17,891 nt of DNA, taken from the IMG/VR virus record IMGVR_UViG_2645727810_000023, positions 1 through 17,891 of that record; one strand, 5' to 3'. This stretch comes from a virus. Lineage: Duplodnaviria > Heunggongvirae > Uroviricota > Caudoviricetes. Position 1 is the first letter of the stretch; each line of letters opens with the position of its first letter. The notes under the pieces were generated by a model. The model ran no database searches. It worked only from the letters and a program-made list of their open reading frames with translations, and had not been told where the DNA came from. Shown piece by piece: positions 1-8,104 of the stretch. Both the position numbers and the translations under genes were made by a program.

Positions 1-423
1 CTTCTGCATCGTCATCAACCGTTCTCTGAGGGTGAAATAATCCCGTTCAGCGGTGTCTGCCAGTCGGGGGCTGGTTGCATTATCCATGCTGGTGGGTCCG
101 GTGGCTTCACGCACGGCTGCGGAGCAACTGGCATTGACCCGCAGGCGCTTACGACCAGCGGCAACATCAGCGCGCAGAGTTTCATTTTCAGTTTTCGCAT
201 CGGCTAACTCCTTCGTGTATTTTGCATCGATCGCAGCAACATCACGCTGACGCTGCTGCATGTCAGCGATGGTGGCGGTCGCCTGCTTCAGCTCACTGAC
301 TGTGGCTTTATCACGCTGCTCTTTGTAGGCGATGGCGTTATCACGGTAATGATTAACAGCCCACGACAGGCAGACGATGATGCAGATAACCAGAGCGGAG
401 ATAATCGCGGTTACTCTGCTCAT
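1..423 (-). CDS. Rz: Rz i-spanin, 3' end truncated by window edge (about 141 codons present, no stop in window)
   Basis: ATG at 423-421 overlaps the endolysin stop (ATGA). Hand translation gives [31 protein letters not shown]..., which closely matches lambda Rz as I recall it. The frame stays open to position 1. Confidence 0.85.
   Translation of the reverse strand, partial: MSRVTAIISALVICIIVCLSWAVNHYRDNAIAYKEQRDKATVSELKQATATIADMQQRQRDVAAIDAKYTKELADAKTENETLRADVAAGRKRLRVNASCSAAVREATGPTSMDNATSPRLADTAERDYFTLRERLMTMQK
15..200 (-). CDS. Rz1: Rz1 o-spanin lipoprotein, embedded in the +1 frame of Rz
   Basis: 61 aa [25 protein letters not shown]... with signal peptide plus lipobox (VSAC), Pro-rich mature part and C-terminal [13 protein letters not shown] like lambda Rz1. 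Lies entirely inside Rz in a different frame. Confidence 0.85.
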   Translation of the reverse strand: MRKLKMKLCALMLPLVVSACGSMPVAPQPCVKPPDPPAWIMQPAPDWQTPLNGIISPSENG

Positions 424-917
424 TGTTGCCCCCACAAACAGACTTCACGCTCAATCTCGCGGCGAGTCATCAGCCCTTTCCATTGCTTACCGCCAGCGTA
501 TGTCCAGCGCCGTAGCTGATCACATGCGCCTTTGATATCGCCCTGGTTTATTTTGCGAAGAAGCGTCGATGTTCTGAAATTGCCAGCGCCCACGTTGTAA
601 ACGAACGAGTAAAGAGCGCCGCGCGTTGTTTCCGGTATATCGACGTTGATGTACGGGTTAATTTGTCTGGCGACCGTGGCAAGGTCTTTATTCAGGAGGG
701 CTTTGCATTCTGCTTCGGTATACGTTTTACCGAGCATGATGTCTTTTCCGGTGTGTCCGTGACATACAGTCCATACGCCAACGATATCTTTGTATGGTAT
801 GTAGCTGACACCTTCCAGACCATCGTTACCACCCGGACCAGTGATGAGCACAGACGCTATGGCAACAGCCCCACCACCAATAGCAGCAGCAACAGCCTTG
901 CGTAATGACGGCGACAT
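420..917 (-). CDS. R: SAR endolysin (phage-21 R-type lysozyme with N-terminal signal-anchor-release domain)
   Basis: 165 aa with Gly/Ala-rich weakly hydrophobic N-terminus ([23 protein letters not shown]) followed by a T4-lysozyme-like catalytic region. Start overlaps holin stop, stop overlaps Rz start. Confidence 0.9.
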   Translation of the reverse strand: MSPSLRKAVAAAIGGGAVAIASVLITGPGGNDGLEGVSYIPYKDIVGVWTVCHGHTGKDIMLGKTYTEAECKALLNKDLATVARQINPYINVDIPETTRGALYSFVYNVGAGNFRTSTLLRKINQGDIKGACDQLRRWTYAGGKQWKGLMTRREIEREVCLWGQQ

Positions 918-1132
918 TATTCACCTCTCGCAGCCTTACGCTTATCTTCTTTAATCTTGAAATAAAGGTTTGTCAGATACGTCAGCAGGCCAAACAGCAG
1001 ACTACCCAGCACACCTATTGCCACCCACTGGGACGGAGAGACTTTATCCAGCAACTGCAAAAACCAGTACCCGGCACTACCTGCTGAGGTGCCATAGGCG
1101 ACACCCGTTGTTAACTTATCCATGGATTTCAT
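917..1132 (-). CDS. S: Class II holin (pinholin, S21-like) with dual-start motif MKSMDK
   Basis: 71 aa, two TM segments, C-terminal [13 protein letters not shown]. The two Met codons separated by Lys-Ser give the holin/antiholin dual-start arrangement. SD GAGGTGGGG upstream. Confidence 0.9.
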   Translation of the reverse strand: MKSMDKLTTGVAYGTSAGSAGYWFLQLLDKVSPSQWVAIGVLGSLLFGLLTYLTNLYFKIKEDKRKAARGE

Positions 1133-1165
1133 AACCCCACCTCGCAGATGCGGGTGCTGTGTAAT

Positions 1166-1192
1166 GGAAATAAAAAGGCCACCTACGTGGCC
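1166..1192 (-). terminator. Intrinsic terminator between methyltransferase gene and holin
   Basis: Minus-strand RNA would read GGCCAC-GUAG-GUGGCC followed by UUUUUAUUU (plus-strand stem GGCCAC 1177-1182 / GTGGCC 1187-1192, A-run 1166-1176), immediately after the methylase stop at 1199-1201. Confidence 0.5.
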
Positions 1193-1198
1193 ACCAGA

Positions 1199-2251
1199 TT
1201 ATTTCCCCACCAGCTCGTTTATCTCTTTCACTGTCTGGTTAAACCGCTCTGACTCAAGCTCAACACCTAAGGCCCGACGCCCCAGCGCCATTGCTGCTTT
1301 TATTGTGGAACCGGATCCCATAAAAAAATCAGCAACCAGATCACCAGGTCGACTACTGGCATTGATTATTTGCCGGAGCATATCCGCAGGTTTCTCACAC
1401 GGATGTTTACCCGGGTAGAACTGAACGGGTTTATGCATCCAGACATCGGTATAAGGCACGGAGACTGATACGGAGAAATAGCGCCGGAGAGATTTAAACT
1501 CATCCAGCAATTCAGAATATTTGCGATTCAGTGAATCATAAGATGCCACCAGCTGGTGGTGTGGTTGTTCCAGTTGTTGTTCCTGAAACTTCTCTGCCGC
1601 TATACGGGAAAACAGTGCCTGTAACTTCCGATAGTCAGCCTCATTCGGCAACTGCCACTGACTGGCACCAAACCAGTGGGAAACCATATTTTTCTTACCT
1701 GTGGCTTCGGCAATTTGTTTTGCCGTTATACCCAGTTCGGCACGAGCATCCCTGAAATACGATATCAGCGGTGCCATTATGTGCTGTTTGAGTTCCCTTT
1801 CTTTTGCCGCATAGCCGTCACTTTTGCCACGATATGGCCCCTGGTAATGTTCAGCAAACAGAACGCGCTCTGTGGCAGGAAAATATGCGCGCAGACTTTC
1901 TTTATTACACCCATTCCAACGTCCGGACGGCTTCGCCCAGATGATATGGTTAAGCACGTTGAAACGTTCACGCATCATGATCTCAATATCAGATGCCAGG
2001 CGATGCCCACAGAACAGGTAAAGACTTCCGGCAGGTTTCAGCACCCGCCAGAACTGCGCCAGACACTGGTCCTGCCACTTCAGGTAATCATCGTCGCCCT
2101 TCCACTGGTTATCCCAGCCCTCGGGCTTCACTTTAAAGTACGGCGGGTCCGTGACTATCAGGTCAACAGAATTTTCGGGTAACGACCGGATAAATTCCAG
2201 GCAGTCGGCGTTGACTAACTCACAACTGGATATTTTTACAGTATTAAGCAT
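1199..2251 (-). CDS. DNA N6-adenine (or N4-cytosine) methyltransferase, beta class (DPPY motif IV near N-terminus, FxGxG motif I near C-terminus)
   Basis: 350 aa; TDPPYF at about residue 35 and FFMGSGST at about residue 312, the circularly permuted order typical of beta-class amino-MTases. No adjacent restriction endonuclease candidate seen. Confidence 0.85.
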   Translation of the reverse strand: MLNTVKISSCELVNADCLEFIRSLPENSVDLIVTDPPYFKVKPEGWDNQWKGDDDYLKWQDQCLAQFWRVLKPAGSLYLFCGHRLASDIEIMMRERFNVLNHIIWAKPSGRWNGCNKESLRAYFPATERVLFAEHYQGPYRGKSDGYAAKERELKQHIMAPLISYFRDARAELGITAKQIAEATGKKNMVSHWFGASQWQLPNEADYRKLQALFSRIAAEKFQEQQLEQPHHQLVASYDSLNRKYSELLDEFKSLRRYFSVSVSVPYTDVWMHKPVQFYPGKHPCEKPADMLRQIINASSRPGDLVADFFMGSGSTIKAAMALGRRALGVELESERFNQTVKEINELVGK

Positions 2252-2401
2252 GGATCATTAAGCCTGTCTCTGATAGGCTCATTCTGCTTTTGCGCAAAGC
2301 AGTGGGCCTGAGGTTTGCTTGTGATCCGGACGCATGAGCAGATGGCTGGTGAGTGCCCCTAACACCCACCAGTCGCCCATTTACCACAAATAAAAAAGCC
2401 T

Positions 2402-2599
2402 TCAGGACTGAAGGCGTCTGTAACAACCGAACTGATAGTCTGCCAGACCCGCCATAACAAGCTGGGTCAGTATTAACTGGCAGCGTTCGCGTGAAAGGTA
2501 AGTATTCTGCGCAATCTCCCCGACTGTCGCCGGTTCGGTGACGCTTAATTCATTAAACACCACTCTGGCGGTTTCTGTCATATCCTGCTGTTTCAGCAT
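2402..2599 (-). CDS. Small hypothetical protein, possible winged-helix DNA-binding fold (alternative upstream start at 2692)
   Basis: ORF track gives 96 aa from 2692. The internal ATG at 2599 (MLKQQDMTETARVVF...) has an AAGGGA SD-like sequence about 9 nt upstream and lies downstream of the terminator at 2721-2743. Confidence 0.4.
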   Translation of the reverse strand: MLKQQDMTETARVVFNELSVTEPATVGEIAQNTYLSRERCQLILTQLVMAGLADYQFGCYRRLQS

Positions 2600-2720
2600 G
2601 TCTTTTTCCCTTTTTCGGTTAACGTGACACACCAATAACTCTTGTCGAAAAAGCCAGCAAGCTGAAAGACAGGTATTCACCGCCACCAGCACGTTTACTG
2701 TACTGGACCGATTTCAGCCA

Positions 2721-2743
2721 TAAAAAAACCCGCTCGCGGCGGG
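2721..2743 (-). terminator. Intrinsic terminator about 70 nt downstream of the Q-like gene (tR'-like position)
   Basis: Minus-strand RNA: CCCGC-CGCGA-GCGGG followed by UUUUUUUA (plus-strand A-run 2722-2728, stem 2729-2733 / 2739-2743). Confidence 0.6.
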
Positions 2744-2830
2744 TTTAAGCTGTGTGGCGAAGTAACCACTCTTAACATACTGACATACTTTTTGCGGACC
2801 GCACTAATCATTTTTTACTTTTTTAGCAGC
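2744..2830 (-). promoter_or_regulatory. Probable late promoter / Q-utilisation region (exact -35/-10 not resolved)
   Basis: Position only: interval between the 3' end of the Q-like gene and the tR'-like terminator. Candidate -10-like hexamers (TATGTT, TAAAAAAT on the minus strand) are present but no convincing -35. Confidence 0.3.
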
Positions 2831-3195
2831 CAGTCGTCCATCTCCAGTCTTACCCCCAGCACAGACAAACATCCGTCAATAAACCCTTCGGCTATCTGCA
2901 TCTCAATTCGTATTGCTTTTTCGCTTTTCTTTCTCTTCCTGGCTATCTGTCTTTTTGATATTCGCAACAAATAATGAGCAATGAGAAGCGAATACTCCTC
3001 AGGTTTTTTCTGCTTCAGACGAGCAAGACAGTTTTCAATGATAAGTCCGTCATCATCGCAGCAGGCCGGACGTGGTTTAGTGGCAGATGGTAAAAGTCCT
3101 TTGAATCCGGCAGCGATCGGAGAATAGTCCACCCCGGTGTTACCACTTGCAGCCCATGCCCCCCAGCGTTCAAGAACCATCTGAATATCACGCAT
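2815..3195 (-). CDS. Q: Late-gene antiterminator Q-like protein (phage 21 / DLP12 QuuD-like family)
   Basis: About 126 aa starting MRDIQMVLERWGAWAA... with GGAGA SD 8 nt upstream of ATG at 3195 (ORF track start 3210 is a TTG). Sits directly upstream of the tR'-like terminator and lysis genes. Family assignment from recalled similarity, not searched. Confidence 0.7.
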   Translation of the reverse strand: MRDIQMVLERWGAWAASGNTGVDYSPIAAGFKGLLPSATKPRPACCDDDGLIIENCLARLKQKKPEEYSLLIAHYLLRISKRQIARKRKKSEKAIRIEMQIAEGFIDGCLSVLGVRLEMDDWLLKK

Positions 3196-3212
3196 CAACT
3201 TTCTCCACAAAA

Positions 3213-4208
3213 TCAGGACAGCACACCAATCGCCAGCGCGCGATCGATAAAACGAAATATCAGCTCCAGTTGGGAACCATACTTCTCTTCAAATGCCACG
3301 GTATCCGCATGCAGTTCGTCATGGTGTTTTCTGCACAAAGGCAACACAAAAAGGTCATGCGCTTTTGTACCCATTCCACCCTGACCATGACCAATCAGGT
3401 GATGAGGATCGTCGGCTGGCTTACCACAACATGCACACGGCTGCGTCTTAACCCAGCGCGTGTACTTTTCATTAACCCAGCGACGACGTTTGGGGCGTAA
3501 CATAAAAGACTCCGGCGACTCCGGATCCACTTTCAGCGCCAGCACCTTTTTCGCCTTATCCCGGATGATGCTGGTGGCAGGAACCGAAGGCACAAGGTCA
3601 CTTTCCCGGGTGACAGACGGCACAACAGGCTTCGGTAATCTCAGTGCCTTACGGGCTGCACTTTCCGGTAAGGCATCCGCCAGGTCATTACGAACCAGCC
3701 ACCAGCACAGTTCCGGCATTGTCACAACGTGACTGTCATCAAAACCGAGATCCCGACGCACAACAGACAACACCCAGCGGGCACAGTTATCCGTTGCCAT
3801 TGATTCCAGACGTTCCGTGAACTGATCGCGAAGCAGGTTATCGCAGTGCCAGCACAGACGGATTGCGCCCGGCGCGTGTCGCATTGTGGTCATGTTCTCG
3901 CTGTGCCATCCGGAATGAGGCCACTGGCAGCCTTTTTCACGAAGTAACCAGCTCTCAAGGCATTCCACACCACCAGCACGACGGATCACCGCCTCATGGC
4001 GGAACACGGCCCGAACGGCAGGATCATCCGCCAGCGGTTGTGATGCTGCCGGAACGACACCACTGGCAAAAGATGAATAACGTTCCGGCTCAGGCTCCAG
4101 CAGGACACGCCCCTGCATAAACAGGGGCATCAGCTCTGAACCGGGTCTGAACAAGACGATCCCCATACGCGGGGCAATTTCAGGGGTCAGCAGTGCTCTC
4201 ACGGTCAC
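3213..4208 (-). CDS. DUF968-like protein with C-terminal Cys/His cluster (YdfU-like, nin-region protein)
   Basis: 331 aa; C-terminus PCACCGKPADDPHHLIGHGQGG...FVLPLCRKHHDELH resembles the conserved Cys/His motif of the DUF968 family. Start codon uncertain (GTG at 4208 or ATG at 4166, neither with a clear SD). Confidence 0.6.
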   Translation of the reverse strand: MTVRALLTPEIAPRMGIVLFRPGSELMPLFMQGRVLLEPEPERYSSFASGVVPAASQPLADDPAVRAVFRHEAVIRRAGGVECLESWLLREKGCQWPHSGWHSENMTTMRHAPGAIRLCWHCDNLLRDQFTERLESMATDNCARWVLSVVRRDLGFDDSHVVTMPELCWWLVRNDLADALPESAARKALRLPKPVVPSVTRESDLVPSVPATSIIRDKAKKVLALKVDPESPESFMLRPKRRRWVNEKYTRWVKTQPCACCGKPADDPHHLIGHGQGGMGTKAHDLFVLPLCRKHHDELHADTVAFEEKYGSQLELIFRFIDRALAIGVLS

Positions 4209-4254
4209 CTCAGCGAACGGTATTGCATGAACGCAGGAGAAAAAAATTCAGCCA

Positions 4255-4512
4255 TCACGCAGTAAACTCCTTCACCAGCGTTTCAAACTGGCTTACCTGT
4301 CCTTCCAGTTCCTCCACGCAATCCACCAGCTCATCCACCGCCTTTTGTGTACGGTGTTTTGCCTGCAGCAGATCACGAAGCGCCGGAGTAAGCTGCTTGC
4401 GGAGCGTATCTTTTGCCACGCTCGTTTTTTCCATCTGTTCAGCACAACGAAGCATCTCCTGCGCCTGCCGACGAAGTTGTTCCGGTGAAACAGTGGTTGT
4501 TCTGTTGTTCAA
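4255..4512 (-). CDS. Hypothetical small coiled-coil protein
   Basis: 85 aa ORF whose start (TTG at 4512, alternative internal ATG) overlaps the helicase stop. Charged helical composition. Function unknown. Confidence 0.45.
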   Translation of the reverse strand: MNNRTTTVSPEQLRRQAQEMLRCAEQMEKTSVAKDTLRKQLTPALRDLLQAKHRTQKAVDELVDCVEELEGQVSQFETLVKEFTA

Positions 4513-5909
4513 AATAAACGCTCCGTTTTACTGCCCGACATGCGGTTATTGCTGTATCTGCGCGGATTGCCCGGCGTCATGGGTGTGGAAAGAACCCGGG
4601 CACTCTCCTGGTCCACAGGCAGAAAATGTCCGTTATGAAAACGCCGGTAAATGGTCCCGAGCGTGCCATTACGCTGTTTCGTGATGTTGATTTCTGCTAT
4701 GCCTCTGGCCTGAGTTTCCGGGTTGTATACCTCATCCCTGTAAAGCATCAGAATGATGTCGGCATCCGCCTCGATTTCCCCGGAGTTTTTCAGGTCCGAG
4801 TTCATTGGGCGTTTATTGGGTCTGGATTCCACGCCGCGGGAGAGCTGGCTCAGAGCAATCAGCGGAAAACCGCCGGATTTTGCCAGGCTTTTAAGTCCCT
4901 TTGAGATTTCCCCCACCGCAAGGTCGTGACGCCCCGTGCTGCGGGTTTTAATCAGGCCGAGGTAATCGACCACCACCAGCGCCGTTTCCGGGTGTTTCAT
5001 CCGGTGGTGCTTCGTGGTTGCACATATCTCATCAATGGTCAGGTTTGCCTGGTCCACCATCCAGATATTACGCCCCGTCATTCGTCCCACGCCCTGCGAG
5101 AAACGCGCCCAGTCTTCATCTTCAAAACGGGCAACAGACTTAAGACGGGATACCGGCATTCCACCGGCAGCAGACACCATACGTTCACCAATCTGGATGT
5201 TCGCCATCTCCATGGTGAACAGAAGCACGCCATGCCCCTGCTCAGTCACCTTGTCGATGATGTCCAGCGCAAGTTCGGTTTTCCCCATCGAAGGACGGGC
5301 GGCAATGAATACCAGGTCTCCGGGCTCCATACCGCCCGTTTTTGCGTCCAGTTCATCAATACCGGTCATCAGCGCCCTGGATTTCTCCAGTCCCTGATTG
5401 CGGCATTCAACACGGTCGACCACTTCCGGAAGGACATCATCAATGTGAACCGGCTGAATGACGCCCTTTCCGGTCGACAGTGAGGCCATCATGTTCTGCA
5501 CATCCTTCAGGGCATCCTCGGCTGCTTCACAGGTATACGCATCACGTAAATTCTGTAATGCTTCAGTCAGTGTTTTTTCTGCATCGCGCAGTGCGGCATT
5601 GCGCCGCAACGCTGCGACATAGTGCTCCAGTGAAGACTTCACCCAGGTTTTGCGTCCGGTGTCGGTAATCACCGGGGCAAGTTCCGGCATCTCATTGCAC
5701 AGCAGTACGGGGTCAATGACGCCGGATATGCGAGCCTGTCTGCAAATCCCCGCGTAAATATCCCGGTACTGACGCACAAAAAATACATCCGCCGGAAGTG
5801 TGGCCAGAATATCCATCACTTCCGGATCGGCCCCACGCAGAAAAAACGCACCGATGACAGCGCCTTCCAGGTCATCGTTACGCCATGCCGGGGTGTTCTG
5901 GCTGGTCAT
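4509..5909 (-). CDS. Replicative DNA helicase, DnaB family
   Basis: 466 aa; Walker A ARPSMGKTELALDI, conserved DnaB C-terminal motifs (LIALSQLSRGVESRPNKRPMNSDLKNSGEIEADADIILMLYRDEVY). GGAGG SD; ATG overlaps stop of upstream gene. Confidence 0.9.
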   Translation of the reverse strand: MTSQNTPAWRNDDLEGAVIGAFFLRGADPEVMDILATLPADVFFVRQYRDIYAGICRQARISGVIDPVLLCNEMPELAPVITDTGRKTWVKSSLEHYVAALRRNAALRDAEKTLTEALQNLRDAYTCEAAEDALKDVQNMMASLSTGKGVIQPVHIDDVLPEVVDRVECRNQGLEKSRALMTGIDELDAKTGGMEPGDLVFIAARPSMGKTELALDIIDKVTEQGHGVLLFTMEMANIQIGERMVSAAGGMPVSRLKSVARFEDEDWARFSQGVGRMTGRNIWMVDQANLTIDEICATTKHHRMKHPETALVVVDYLGLIKTRSTGRHDLAVGEISKGLKSLAKSGGFPLIALSQLSRGVESRPNKRPMNSDLKNSGEIEADADIILMLYRDEVYNPETQARGIAEINITKQRNGTLGTIYRRFHNGHFLPVDQESARVLSTPMTPGNPRRYSNNRMSGSKTERLF

Positions 5910-6805
5910 GCGGCAACACCTCCGATACGAGAACGGTAGCTGGGCCAGTTAAACGACAACCAGTTGCGCCCGCCATCGGTGATCCTGTCGGCAATCCGGG
6001 GACTGATGAACGCCCACAATTCTTCCGGTGAAAGGTTGCTGATCAGGATAGTTGGCAAAATACCCTCATACCGGGCATTGATAATTTCCTGCAAAATGGC
6101 CATTTCAGCCGCACTGCCAAACTGAACGCCGACTTCGTCGACAATCAGCAAATCCAGTGACGCATAATGCTCAATGACGTCATCCGCTGTTTTTTCACTG
6201 TCATTCCGCCAGCAGTTTTTCACAGCCCGGGTAAGGCGCATCACGTCGGTGATCTCCACACTGGCCAGATAGTTACGGATGATGTGTTTTGCCATTGATA
6301 CCGCCAGATGATTTTTCCCGGTACCGCAACTGCCGGTCATAACAAGACTGGTACCGTTCTCCAGCATATCTGGCCAGTTCTCCGCATAGCGGCGACAGGC
6401 CGCAAGATTTCTGGCTGCGTCAGGATTAACCTCCAGATAATTATCAAACTCGCAGTCCCGAAAACGCAGAGCAATTCCGGCGTTATCAGTCAGTTCTTCC
6501 GCCTTGAGGGACGACAGTTCCATGGTCAAATCACTGGCCTCAGCGATCAAGCAGTCAGGGCAGCATGAAATTTTTTCTCTGTCCTCGCCATTACGATCGA
6601 TCCACACCAGTATATGCGTACGATATTTACCGTGTTTTTCGCAATATCCGCGACCTTCACGCATCAGGCAGGAACGATAAGGCCATGGCTTTTCGCCCTT
6701 CTGAGCAAATGCAATCTCTGCCCGTAACTCATCCATTTCTGCCCGTAACTCATCCATTCGCGCCTGTAGTCTTGTTTGTTTCTCACGTTGGTCAATCGTC
6801 ATCAT
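5906..6805 (-). CDS. DnaC-like helicase loader (IstB-like AAA+ ATPase)
   Basis: Walker A MTGSCGTGKNHLAVSMA, Walker B LLIVDEVG, N-terminal Cys-rich/coiled-coil region. ATG at 6805 has GAGGTG SD; ORF track start at 6814 is a GTG two codons upstream. Confidence 0.85.
   Translation of the reverse strand: MMTIDQREKQTRLQARMDELRAEMDELRAEIAFAQKGEKPWPYRSCLMREGRGYCEKHGKYRTHILVWIDRNGEDREKISCCPDCLIAEASDLTMELSSLKAEELTDNAGIALRFRDCEFDNYLEVNPDAARNLAACRRYAENWPDMLENGTSLVMTGSCGTGKNHLAVSMAKHIIRNYLASVEITDVMRLTRAVKNCWRNDSEKTADDVIEHYASLDLLIVDEVGVQFGSAAEMAILQEIINARYEGILPTILISNLSPEELWAFISPRIADRITDGGRNWLSFNWPSYRSRIGGVAA
6718..6759. repeat. Perfect-to-near-perfect 21-bp tandem duplication inside the DnaC-like gene
   Basis: CTGCCCGTAACTCATCCATTT followed by CTGCCCGTAACTCATCCATTC, encoding the in-frame heptad repeat MDELRAE-MDELRAE. 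Confidence 0.9.
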
Positions 6806-6815
6806 CGCTGTCACC

Positions 6816-7808
6816 TCAGAATGTCAATTTGTTACTGGATTTACCGAATTTGTCAGACATGGCTCCCAGGCCAGCCAGGACATCGACCTGTCGCTGTCGC
6901 CCACCTCCGTGAGCGGCTGGCTGTTGCCAGTAATCTTCGAAGTGACGATCGGGTCCAAAGAACGTCGCAGCCTGCTTCACGAACTGTGTGCCGGTATTTC
7001 CTGTAGCACGTACCCAGGCGGCATACCGCTTCACGCCATCAAGCATGGTCTCCGGTTTTATTCCCTCCCTGATACGGGCTTTCCAGGCTTTGAAGGCTGC
7101 TGACTTGGAATTGCCACCAGCACGTTTGGGATATTCCTGCCAGGCCTGTTCAAATTCCGGTGAATATTCCTGTCGGGCAGAACGCGCTGGCGCAGACGCG
7201 TCAGCGGATGCATCAATAGTGTTTTTAGTCTCCGTTGTAATCTCTGTAGTAATCTCTGTATTTGTATCAACATTCGGCGTATCCCCTGTTCCGTTATGAC
7301 GTCGGGGGGTGTTCCGTTTTAACGTAATAGCTGTATCGCTGATTGCATTATTGCTGTTACTTTCTGGCGAAACAGAAGAAGGTGTGGTGATGGCCGCAAT
7401 TGCCTGTGGGTTGATCCCGACAAACAAAATATTGCTGCATTTCACCCCATCGAGCATTTCCACCGTGCGTAAATCCAGAGTAATAAACCCTGCATCGCGC
7501 AGACGCTTCAGCGCATCTGCGGTTTCCCTTTTCCCGAAACCAAACTGCTCAGCAAACGCCTGGTAGCTTCTTTGCAGTTTGTCGCCCTGAAAACGCTTGC
7601 GATATCCCAGCAACGCTCCGGTGTGCTCATCCCTGACCTCTGTCGGGCGGTACCAGTAAACGATCTCTGAAAGCAGAGCGATAGCCGTCGCATCCGGACG
7701 CCCACTGGGTAGTCGAATATATTTCCACCAGTTCGCAGGTGTAACATTGCCGGAAATATTAATTTGACCAATAGCCATAACTTCCGGTGTGGGGGCGTAA
7801 CGGCTCAT
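6816..7808 (-). CDS. Replication initiator (O-like / replisome organiser) protein
   Basis: 330 aa; position immediately upstream of DnaC-like and DnaB-like genes. Internal low-complexity linker (TEITTEITTE, DASADASA) encoded by DNA iterons. AGGAGG SD. Family assignment by context rather than recognised motif. Confidence 0.65.
   Translation of the reverse strand: MSRYAPTPEVMAIGQINISGNVTPANWWKYIRLPSGRPDATAIALLSEIVYWYRPTEVRDEHTGALLGYRKRFQGDKLQRSYQAFAEQFGFGKRETADALKRLRDAGFITLDLRTVEMLDGVKCSNILFVGINPQAIAAITTPSSVSPESNSNNAISDTAITLKRNTPRRHNGTGDTPNVDTNTEITTEITTETKNTIDASADASAPARSARQEYSPEFEQAWQEYPKRAGGNSKSAAFKAWKARIREGIKPETMLDGVKRYAAWVRATGNTGTQFVKQAATFFGPDRHFEDYWQQPAAHGGGRQRQVDVLAGLGAMSDKFGKSSNKLTF
7237..7318. 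repeat. Iteron-like direct repeats inside the O-like gene (putative replication origin)
   Basis: GTAATCTCTGTA at 7237-7248 and again at 7249-7260; GTTCCGTT at 7288-7295 and 7311-7318; A+T-rich stretch between. Confidence 0.45.
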
Positions 7809-8104
7809 ACAACCTCCTTCCGCGGCATGAGAATTGTGTAGCCACGCGCAGGTTGTAGTCTGGCTTTTGCATCAATAGTAAGCGTTGCAATTTTTCGGAT
7901 ATGAAGATAACCAGCTCTTTCCAGTGCCAGGGTTTTCCTGAATATCGCTTGCTTAGAACAACAGCAGAAATCAGCAAGCACCTGATGATCAATAACTCTC
8001 TCGCCTTCACCGTCTGAAGAACCCGACATCAAAACACGCAACATAATCAGGCGCTGAATCGGGTTATCGAAAGCACATCCGCACACAAACTGAAAACAGT
8101 TCAC
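7805..8104 (-). CDS. Hypothetical protein, possible helix-turn-helix DNA-binding (occupies cII-like position)
   Basis: 99 aa; GTG start at 8104 with GGAGG SD 6 nt upstream, overlapping upstream stop (GTGA). Segment SKQAIFRKTLALERAGYLHIRK looks HTH-like. Function not established. Confidence 0.5.
   Translation of the reverse strand: MNCFQFVCGCAFDNPIQRLIMLRVLMSGSSDGEGERVIDHQVLADFCCCSKQAIFRKTLALERAGYLHIRKIATLTIDAKARLQPARGYTILMPRKEVV

Noticed and set aside
2252-2401. Possible tRNA gene in the gap between the methyltransferase and the small upstream ORF (Stx-type phages carry tRNAs near here)
   Set aside because: No T-loop-like GTTC..A motif or its complement and no cloverleaf-compatible acceptor/anticodon arrangement; only simple hairpins (for example 2284-2302).
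4193-5668. Plus-strand ORFs of 62-185 aa (4193..4684, 4626..4904, 4926..5483, 5014..5397, 5480..5668) antisense to the helicase and neighbouring genes
   Set aside because: They lie entirely inside well-supported minus-strand genes, have Cys/Arg/Ser-rich low-complexity translations typical of the antisense frame of GC-rich coding DNA, and lack convincing ribosome-binding sites.
6700-7330. CRISPR array suggested by short tandem repeats
   Set aside because: Repeats are only two copies each, contiguous without spacers, and lie inside protein-coding sequence; no cas-like genes.
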